Below are positions 7,356 to 13,630 of a DNA stretch of 13,630 nt, piece after piece; the first letter of the stretch is position 1; every line of letters begins with the position of its first letter. This stretch comes from Abditibacteriaceae bacterium (GTDB taxonomy: Bacteria; Armatimonadota; Abditibacteriia; Abditibacteriales; Abditibacteriaceae), in contig JANMKN010000373.1 in the NCBI GenBank assembly GCA_031372065.1, forward strand, positions 1 to 13,630, given 5' to 3'. The position numbers and the translations under genes were made by a program. The notes under the pieces are model-generated. The model saw only the letters and a program-made list of their open reading frames with translations, searched no databases and was not told the DNA's origin.

Positions 7356-9416
7356 ATGACTACTTCCACCCATTGTCCTTACTGCGCTTTGCAGTGCGGC
7401 ATGAATTTACAAAACGGCGGCAACGCGATTCATATCGAGCCGCGCGACTTTCCGACTAATCGGGGCGGATTGTGCCGCAAGGGCTGGACTTCGGTGGAAT
7501 TGCTGGCGCATCCCGACCGCCTGACTTCGCCACTGATTCGCAACAAGCGCGGCGAATTGGCGCCTTCTTCGTGGGAGGACGCGCTGGATCGCATTGTCAG
7601 CGAAATTGGGCGCGCGCAAAAATTGTATGGAAACGACGCCGTCGGCGTCTTCGGCGGCGGCGGTTTGACCAACGAAAAAGCCTATTTGCTCGGCAAATTC
7701 GCCCGTGTGGCCCTCAAAACCTCGCAGATTGACTACAATGGCCGCTTTTGCATGAGCAGCGCGGCGGCGGCGAGCCTCAAAGCCTTCGGTTTAGATCGCG
7801 GTTTGCCGTTTCCGCTTGAAGATATTCCCGGCGCGGAAACCATTCTATTAGTCGGCAGCAACAGCGCCGAAACGATGCCGCCGATTATGCAGTGGTTCGA
7901 CGCGCAACGCGCGAACGGCGGCCAACTCATCGTCGCCGACCCTCGTTTGACGCCCACAGCGGCCAACGGCGCGCTGCATTTGCAACTCACGCCGGGCACC
8001 GACCTCGCGTTAGCCAACGGCCTCTTACACATTTGCATTCAAGAAAAGCTGATTGACGAAGCCTTTATCGCGGCGCGCACCGACGGCTTTGACGAAGTAA
8101 AACGCACCGTCGCGGCGTATTGGCCCGACCGCGTGGAACACATCACCGGCGTGCCCGCCGCCAAGCTGATTCAGGCCGCGCACCTGCTGGGCAACGCCAA
8201 AACCGCGATGATTCTGACGGCGCGCGGTGCCGAGCAGCAATCGAAGGGCGTGGAAACGGTTTTGGCGTTCATCAACCTCGCCTTAGCGCTGGGCAAAATG
8301 GGCAAAGCGCATTGCGGCTACGGCTGCATTACAGGTCAAGGCAACGGTCAGGGCGGGCGAGAACACGGCCAAAAAGCCGATCAATTGCCGGGTTATCGCA
8401 AAATTGACAACCCGGCGCACCGCGCTCATGTGGCGAAAGTTTGGGGCATCGATCCCGACGATTTGCCGCTTCCGGGCCGCTCGGCTTACGAAATGTTGGA
8501 CACCCTTGGCGAAGAAGGCGGCGTGCGCGCTTTGATGGTTCACGCTTCCAACATCGTGGTTTCGGCGCCCAACGCCGGACACGTTCAAAATCGCCTCGAT
8601 GCGCTCGATTTTCTGATGGTGGCCGACATTTTTCTGTCCGAAACCGCCGAACGCGCCGATGTGGTTTTGCCTGTCACTCAATGGGCCGAAGAAACCGGCA
8701 CCATGACCAATTTGGAAGGCCGCGTTTTGCTGCGCCAAGCCGCCACAACCGCGCCCGAAGGCGTGAAATCGGACGCCGAAATCGTGACGGAACTGGCAAA
8801 ACGTTTAGGTTTCGGCGCCTTTTTTACCGATGAGCCGCAAGCGATTTTCGAGGAATTGGGCCGCGCCAGCGAAGGCGGCGTGGCCGATTATTCGGGCATC
8901 ACTTACGAGCGCATTCTCGCCGAAGACGGCGTTTTTTGGCCCTGCCCGCGCGGTTCGCAAGGCACGCCGCGAATGTTCCTTGATTCATTCGCCACGCCGG
9001 ACGGCAAGGCGAAGTTTCATGCTGTGCGCCACAAGCCCGCCGCCGAAGAACCAGACGACGAATATCCTCTGTATTTCACGACGGGCCGCGTCATGGCGCA
9101 GTATCAATCGGGCACGCAAACGCGCCGCATCAAGGCGCTGAACGAAACCGCGCCCGAAGGCTTCGTCGAACTCCATCCAACGGTAGCAAAGCGTTTCGAC
9201 ATCGCGGACGGCGATTTGGTGAAGGTAGAAACGCGGCGCGGCGCGGCGATTGTGCCCGCCAAAGTAACCACAAATATCCGGCGCGACACGATTTTTATGC
9301 CCTTTCACTGGGCCAAAAATCAGCGCGCCAATCTGCTGACCAACCCGGCACTCGACCCAATTTCCAAGATGCCGGAATTCAAAATCTGCGCGGCGCGCAT
9401 TGAAAAAGCACAATAG
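7356..9416 (+). CDS. nasA: Assimilatory nitrate reductase catalytic subunit (Mo-bisPGD, [4Fe-4S]; NasA/NasC/NarB type)
   Basis: THCPYCALQCGM...GLCRKG 4Fe-4S motif, DYNGRFCMSSA Mo-ligand region, GQGNGQGGRE, TMTNLEGR, TTGR...YQSGTQTRR and DPISKMPEFKICA. ATG 7356 is preferred because the GTG 7311 extension translates repeat DNA. Confidence 0.92.
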   Translation: MTTSTHCPYCALQCGMNLQNGGNAIHIEPRDFPTNRGGLCRKGWTSVELLAHPDRLTSPLIRNKRGELAPSSWEDALDRIVSEIGRAQKLYGNDAVGVFGGGGLTNEKAYLLGKFARVALKTSQIDYNGRFCMSSAAAASLKAFGLDRGLPFPLEDIPGAETILLVGSNSAETMPPIMQWFDAQRANGGQLIVADPRLTPTAANGALHLQLTPGTDLALANGLLHICIQEKLIDEAFIAARTDGFDEVKRTVAAYWPDRVEHITGVPAAKLIQAAHLLGNAKTAMILTARGAEQQSKGVETVLAFINLALALGKMGKAHCGYGCITGQGNGQGGREHGQKADQLPGYRKIDNPAHRAHVAKVWGIDPDDLPLPGRSAYEMLDTLGEEGGVRALMVHASNIVVSAPNAGHVQNRLDALDFLMVADIFLSETAERADVVLPVTQWAEETGTMTNLEGRVLLRQAATTAPEGVKSDAEIVTELAKRLGFGAFFTDEPQAIFEELGRASEGGVADYSGITYERILAEDGVFWPCPRGSQGTPRMFLDSFATPDGKAKFHAVRHKPAAEEPDDEYPLYFTTGRVMAQYQSGTQTRRIKALNETAPEGFVELHPTVAKRFDIADGDLVKVETRRGAAIVPAKVTTNIRRDTIFMPFHWAKNQRANLLTNPALDPISKMPEFKICAARIEKAQ

Positions 9417-9508
9417 AACGCAAATCACGCGAATGTTCGCAAATTTACGCAAATAATTTCAAAGGATTGGCGTAAAATCGCGGTAATTTGCGGAATTCGC
9501 GTTCTATT
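9412..9508. repeat. Inverted array of 9-10-nt repeats (CGCRAAT / ATTNGCG) forming a long imperfect hairpin
   Basis: CGCAAAT or CGCGAAT at 9419, 9428, 9438 and 9448. Complementary ATTGGCG, ATTTGCG and ATTCGCG at 9466, 9486 and 9495. Perfect outer 10-bp pair AATAGAACGC (9412-9421) / GCGTTCTATT (9499-9508). Confidence 0.85.
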
Positions 9509-9523
9509 TAAAGAAGCAAAATT

Positions 9524-10972
9524 ATGGAAAAGCAAAAATTAGTTGTCATCGGCAACGGCATGGCCGGAGCGCGCACTGTTGAGGACATTCTCACGCGCGG
9601 CGGCGATAAGCAATTCGAGATCACTATGTTCGGCGATGAGCCGAGCGGAAATTACAATCGCATACTGCTCTCGCAGGTGCTGAACGGCTCGCGCGATGTG
9701 CGCGAAATTTTTCTGCACCCGCAGGAATGGTATGCGTGGAACGGCATCAAACTGCACGCCGGCGTGCGCGTGACGCAAATCAACCGCGAAGCGAAAACCG
9801 TCACTGGCGACAACGGCCAAACCGTGCCCTATGACAAATTGTTGATCGCTACCGGCAGCCGCCCCTTCGTGCCGCCGATGGAAGGATTGAAACTCGAAGA
9901 CGACACGCCCAAGCCGGGTATTTTTGTGTTCCGAACACTGGAAGACTGTCGCCGCATCGCCGGATACGCCAATAAATGCAACAAAGTCGCGGTTATCGGC
10001 GGCGGTTTGCTTGGTTTGGAAGCAGCGCGCGGCCTTTTAAATTTCGGCTGCGAAGTTCACGTCGTTCATTTGATGGAGCGCCTGATGGATATGCAACTTG
10101 ACGCCGAAGGCGCTAAGATTTTGCAAACTGCGATGGCGAACATGGGCGTGAAGGTGCATCTCGAAAAAGTCACGTCCGCCATTTTGGGCGACGACATGGT
10201 GACGGGTCTTCAGTTCAAAGACGGTAGCGTTCTCGATTGCGATATGGTGGTTATTTCCTGCGGCGTGCGGCCCAACGTCGAACTCGCCAAAGAATGCGGT
10301 CTGAGCGTCGAACGCGCGATTGTCGTGGACGACAAGATGCGTTCGGTGGACGACGAAAACGTTTATGTCGTCGGCGAATGCGCGCAGCATCGCGGCAAGG
10401 TTTACGGCCTCGTGGCGCCGCTGTGGGAGCAAGGTGCGGTTTTGGCCGACCAAATCACCGGAACCAAGCCCGAATCGATTTACGAAGGCTCGAAAATCTC
10501 CACCAAACTCAAAGTTTTGGGCGTTGAACTCGCCAGTTGGGGCCAAACGCAGGCTTCGCAGGAAGACGACGAAATCGTTTCTTATGCCGAGCCGAAGCAC
10601 GGCATTTACAAAAAACTCGTCATCCGCGACGACCAGTTAATCGGCGGCATTTTGATGGGAGATTTAACCAAAGCCAGCGAATTGATGCCCGCTTTTGATC
10701 GCGGCTCGCTGTTGCCCGAAGACCGTTCTTCGCTGCTTTTCGATACCGGCGCGCCGGTCAAACGCTATTCGATGCTCGAAATGCCCGACGAAGCGCCAGT
10801 TTGCCAGTGTAACGGCGTCAATAAAGGCACGATTCGCAAATGCGTGCTGGCGGGCGCCAAAACCATGAGTGGCATTATGTCGAAAACGCGCGCCGGAACC
10901 GGCTGCGGCTCGTGCAAAAGCCTCGTGCGCGAAATCGGCGAATGGGCCAACGAAGGCCATTTAGCGGAATGA
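9524..10972 (+). CDS. NAD(P)H/FAD-dependent oxidoreductase with one BFD-like [2Fe-2S] domain; homologous to the NirB N-terminus, probable nitrate reductase electron-transfer (diaphorase) subunit
   Basis: LVVIGNGMAG, YNRILLS, YDKLLIATGS, AVIGGGLLGLEAA, GECAQH and YGLVAPLWEQ, then CQCNGV...AGTGCGSC. It ends at 482 aa with no siroheme/[4Fe-4S] NiR-SiR domain. Confidence 0.88.
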   Translation: MEKQKLVVIGNGMAGARTVEDILTRGGDKQFEITMFGDEPSGNYNRILLSQVLNGSRDVREIFLHPQEWYAWNGIKLHAGVRVTQINREAKTVTGDNGQTVPYDKLLIATGSRPFVPPMEGLKLEDDTPKPGIFVFRTLEDCRRIAGYANKCNKVAVIGGGLLGLEAARGLLNFGCEVHVVHLMERLMDMQLDAEGAKILQTAMANMGVKVHLEKVTSAILGDDMVTGLQFKDGSVLDCDMVVISCGVRPNVELAKECGLSVERAIVVDDKMRSVDDENVYVVGECAQHRGKVYGLVAPLWEQGAVLADQITGTKPESIYEGSKISTKLKVLGVELASWGQTQASQEDDEIVSYAEPKHGIYKKLVIRDDQLIGGILMGDLTKASELMPAFDRGSLLPEDRSSLLFDTGAPVKRYSMLEMPDEAPVCQCNGVNKGTIRKCVLAGAKTMSGIMSKTRAGTGCGSCKSLVREIGEWANEGHLAE

Positions 10973-11209
10973 ATGGGTAAAAGGAAGGCTTCGATGAGCT
11001 TCGGGAACGCTTCGATCCGTTCCGCGAAGGCTCTGATCCGCTTGCGGAACGTTCTGATCCGTTCCGCGAACGTTTCGATGAGCTTCAGCAACGTTCTGAT
11101 GAGCTTCAGGAACGTTCCGATGCGCTTCGGGAACGTTCCGATGGGCTTGCGGAAGGCTCACATCCGCGCCGCGAAGATGATTTCCAACCGCGTAAACTGC
11201 GCTTTATGA
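10973..11209 (+). CDS. Possible 78-aa basic heptad-repeat peptide encoded by the 21-bp array (may be non-coding)
   Basis: The ATG directly follows the upstream TGA (TGAATG) and the stop overlaps the next start (ATGA, 11206-11209). No family recognised. Confidence 0.25.
   Translation: MGKRKASMSFGNASIRSAKALIRLRNVLIRSANVSMSFSNVLMSFRNVPMRFGNVPMGLRKAHIRAAKMISNRVNCAL
10984..11172. repeat. Tandem array of nine degenerate 21-bp units (approximate consensus GAACGTTCYGATSMGCTTCRG)
   Basis: Units start at 10984, 11005, 11026, 11047, 11068, 11089, 11110, 11131 and 11152 with an exact 21-nt period and no spacers. Confidence 0.9.
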
Positions 11210-11607
11210 AAATCCGATGGACAAATAATAGCGTGCGCTTTCGCATTACGCCGGGCGAATTGGAAAGTCTGAAACATCATCAGCCCATTTCTGAAGTGAT
11301 GGAATGGGGCAACGGCTCGTGGGAAGCCTACCTGAGCGTGTCAGATAAAACCTCGTTTTGGATCGAAAAAATGATGATGCAAGTTAGCCTTGCGCCGCAC
11401 GATGTCGAAGCGTTAGCCAAACCCGAAAACGAAGGCGTTTACTTTTCGACCAAAGCTGGCCCCGAAGGCGAAGCGATTCGCTATTTCATCGAAAAAGACT
11501 TTCCTTGTGCCCATCCGCGCGCCAGCGAAGCCGAAGAATCAAGCGAAACTTTCGAGCCGCCACTGGGCTTTGAAGCACGAAAACAGCAGGCAAAACCAGA
11601 GAATTAG
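11206..11607 (+). CDS. Conserved hypothetical protein (resembles DUF7009-type MKIRxxxNSxRxR...IEKDFxC proteins; from memory, unverified)
   Basis: MKIRWTNNSVRFRITPGEL N-terminus and a YFIEKDFPCAHP motif. Codon usage resembles the neighbouring genes, and it is co-oriented with the operon. Confidence 0.7.
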   Translation: MKIRWTNNSVRFRITPGELESLKHHQPISEVMEWGNGSWEAYLSVSDKTSFWIEKMMMQVSLAPHDVEALAKPENEGVYFSTKAGPEGEAIRYFIEKDFPCAHPRASEAEESSETFEPPLGFEARKQQAKPEN

Positions 11608-11763
11608 AGGCTGTTTCAAAAGTTGGTATGTCATTCTGAAAGGTGTTTCGGCACCTTGAAGAATCCCCTTTGCCTACGGGAGATTCTTCGGTCCGGGTGC
11701 CCTCTGGGCGGTAGCCTTCCTCAGAATGACAGGCACTCTCTTTTTCGACTTTTGAAACAGCTT
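11608..11763. mobile_element. MITE-like element with terminal inverted repeats enclosing a REP-like palindromic unit
   Basis: Perfect 14-bp IR GCTGTTTCAAAAGT (11610-11623) / ACTTTTGAAACAGC (11748-11761). Inner perfect 11-bp IR TGTCATTCTGA (11629-11639) / TCAGAATGACA (11721-11731). Sub-hairpins AAGGTGT-TTCG-GCACCTT and GAAGAATC...GATTCTTC. Confidence 0.7.
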
Positions 11764-11809
11764 AAGCCTTCCCCGTTTGCGTTTAAGCCGCACAATTTAA
11801 GGAGCTATC

Positions 11810-13321
11810 ATGCATTTTTCTCACGCCGTCGCCGTGCGGGGGTTGATTTTTCTCAGCCCTTTGGCTCTCGTTTCTGCCGTCAATGCCCAAAATGCGGCGC
11901 CTGTGCCTGCGCCAGTCGCCACGCCTAAACCGGCAGCGACTCCCAAGCCTTATAAAATCGGCGACTGGACAATCAGCGGCAGTTTGCGCGCACGCGGCGA
12001 ATATATGGATTGGTTCGACGCGCCCGGTTTCAACGACAGCGATTTATATGGCGCTTCGCTTTTGCGTCTTGGCGCCACCAAAAGCACCAAAAGCAATGAC
12101 ATCACGCTGGAAATTGCGCAGCCCACGCTTTATAGTTTGCCCGGCAATTCCACGGCGCCCGCCCCGGCCGGACAACTTGGCCCCGGCGCTACTTATCGCG
12201 CCATCAACGGCGGGCAAGATGCCAGTTTGTTCATCAAAACCGCAGCCGTGCGCTTCAAAAACCTCGGCAGCGCTGCCAACTCAGTTCGCTTGGGCCGTTT
12301 TGAATTTATTGATGGCCTCGAAGTGCTGCCCAAAGACCCGTCTTTGGCGTGGCTCAAACGCGCGCGCATTGCTGACCGTTTGATTGGCAACTTTGGCTTC
12401 ACCCATGTTCAACGCTCGTTTGATGGCGGCCAGTTTTCGCATAACAACACCAAAAGTAACATCACGATGTTTTTGGGCGCGCCGACAGAAGGCGTTTTTC
12501 AATTGAATGGCATGGGCGAAGTCAAAAACGTTTATACGTTTTATGGCGCTTACACCAAACCGATGAAATCCGCCGATGCGCGCTTGTTTTATATTCGCTA
12601 CCACGACGGGCGCAATCTCACGCCGGTGGACAATCGTCCTGCCGGGGTGCGCGCCGCCGATAAGGGCGACATTGACATCAACAACTTTGGCGCGAACTAC
12701 ATCAAAACTTTCGATTTAACGTGCGGCAAAGCCGACGTTTTGGCGTGGGGCAGCCTGCAAACCGGCTCATGGGGCAGTCAATCGCACCGCGCCAACGCGA
12801 TTGCCTTGGAAGCCGGTTACCAGCCGAAGAACATGAAATGGAAGCCGTGGTTTCGCACCGGTTATTTCAACGGTAGCGGCGACAGCACGCCCGAAGGCGC
12901 TTTGGGCGGCAAGCATGAAACATTCTTTCAGATGTTGCCCACGCCCCGCGTTTACGCGCGTTTTCCGTTTTACAACTTGATGAACAATGAAGACCTTTTC
13001 GTGCAAGCGATTGCCAAACCGAATCCCAAAACCACTTTGCGCGCCGATGCCCATCGCGTGCGTTTAAGTTCAGCGGGCGACCTGTGGTATTTGGGTGGCG
13101 GCGCGTTTAATGATGGCGTTTTCGGCTATCAGGGCCGTCCGAGCGGCGGCAAAAATGGCTTGGCGAACGTTTTCGACCTCAGCCTCGATTACAACTTGAA
13201 CCCGCAAACCGCATTTACCGCTTACCTCGCGCACGCCAGTGGCGGCGGTGCCATCGGCACGTCCTATCCGGCGGGCAACAACGGCAACTTTTTCTATGTG
13301 GAAATGACGCGCAAGTTTTGA
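11810..13321 (+). CDS. Alginate export (AlgE-like) family outer-membrane beta-barrel protein
   Basis: Signal peptide ending AVNA, a Pro/Ala linker, SGSLRARGE first strand, VRLGRFE...RLIG...RSFDGG, GSGD, TFFQMLPT, and alternating beta-strands ending in a C-terminal Phe (YVEMTRKF). SD AAGGAG at 11799-11804. Confidence 0.8.
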   Translation: MHFSHAVAVRGLIFLSPLALVSAVNAQNAAPVPAPVATPKPAATPKPYKIGDWTISGSLRARGEYMDWFDAPGFNDSDLYGASLLRLGATKSTKSNDITLEIAQPTLYSLPGNSTAPAPAGQLGPGATYRAINGGQDASLFIKTAAVRFKNLGSAANSVRLGRFEFIDGLEVLPKDPSLAWLKRARIADRLIGNFGFTHVQRSFDGGQFSHNNTKSNITMFLGAPTEGVFQLNGMGEVKNVYTFYGAYTKPMKSADARLFYIRYHDGRNLTPVDNRPAGVRAADKGDIDINNFGANYIKTFDLTCGKADVLAWGSLQTGSWGSQSHRANAIALEAGYQPKNMKWKPWFRTGYFNGSGDSTPEGALGGKHETFFQMLPTPRVYARFPFYNLMNNEDLFVQAIAKPNPKTTLRADAHRVRLSSAGDLWYLGGGAFNDGVFGYQGRPSGGKNGLANVFDLSLDYNLNPQTAFTAYLAHASGGGAIGTSYPAGNNGNFFYVEMTRKF

Positions 13322-13336
13322 GGACCCGGAAAATTT

Positions 13337-13378
13337 CGGCGACACAATCGGTGAAATAACGATTGTGTCGCCGTTTTT
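13337..13378 (+). terminator. Intrinsic terminator ending the nitrate/porin transcript
   Basis: Perfect 14-bp stem CGGCGACACAATCG (13337-13350) / CGATTGTGTCGCCG (13360-13373) followed by TTTTT. Confidence 0.88.
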
Positions 13379-13503
13379 GGGGCGCACAAAGCGTGGTTTT
13401 GGCGTGCAAACGTAGAAAAGCTATGAAAATATGGAGTTATCACTACAAAAAACACTCATAATCTGGTGAAATATAACGGTGAGAATTAAATCAGGGAGGC
13501 TCG

Positions 13504-13630
13504 ATGGAACTTTATCAGTTAAAGTTGTTCGTTGACCTGGCAGAAACTGGCAATTTCACCAAGGTAGCCAGTGAAAATTATGTGACGCAGGCCGCCGTCA
13601 CTTTGCAAATTCGCAAGTTAGAAAGCGAAT
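13504..13630 (+). CDS. LysR-family transcriptional regulator, N-terminal HTH (3'-truncated; absent from the ORF track)
   Basis: Manual translation gives MELYQLKLFVDLAETGNFTKVASENYVTQAAVTLQIRKLESE. SD GGGAGG at 13494-13499. Confidence 0.9.
   Translation, partial: MELYQLKLFVDLAETGNFTKVASENYVTQAAVTLQIRKLESE

Noticed and set aside
9524..10972. Annotation as a functional nitrite reductase NirB
   Set aside because: It has no siroheme/[4Fe-4S] catalytic domain.
10765..11161. Minus-strand heptad ORFs (PEAHRNV repeats; KLIETFA repeats)
   Set aside because: A 21-nt repeat readily gives open frames. These are antisense to the operon and overlap the diaphorase gene end.
10984..11172. CRISPR array
   Set aside because: The units are contiguous degenerate 21-mers with no unique spacers, and no cas genes are in the window.
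11623..11928. 101-aa ORF MVCHSERCFG...
   Set aside because: It is a translation of the palindromic element and overlaps the porin gene out of frame.
25..13409. Remaining short overlapping or antisense ORFs in the track
   Set aside because: They are shadow ORFs of well-supported + strand genes with no recognisable motifs.

Overview
Bacterial window of moderate GC with all genes on the + strand. The organism is probably diderm, since it has an RseB-like protein and an outer-membrane beta-barrel; an Armatimonadota/Abditibacteriota-like origin is only my impression. In order: a 5'-truncated RloB-like (TOPRIM-type) protein; an RNase Z-like metallo-beta-lactamase-fold hydrolase; a secreted GH29 alpha-L-fucosidase with an extra C-terminal CBM-like domain; an ECF sigma / RseA-like anti-sigma / RseB-like triad with a recognisable ECF promoter; and a putative nitrate-assimilation operon. 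That operon holds a NarK/NasA MFS transporter, a Mo-bisPGD nitrate reductase, a short NirB-like NAD(P)H diaphorase with no siroheme domain, a small unknown protein and an alginate-export-type beta-barrel. The window ends with a terminator and the start of a LysR gene. Main points of interest: (i) an actinobacterial GlnR-like phased box upstream of the nitrate operon; (ii) the operon has no nitrite reductase but has a porin and an unknown gene; (iii) each of its four internal gene junctions holds a different repeat or palindromic element at or just after the upstream stop codon; (iv) the anti-sigma zinc motif HxxxCxxC appears as HxxxDxxD.
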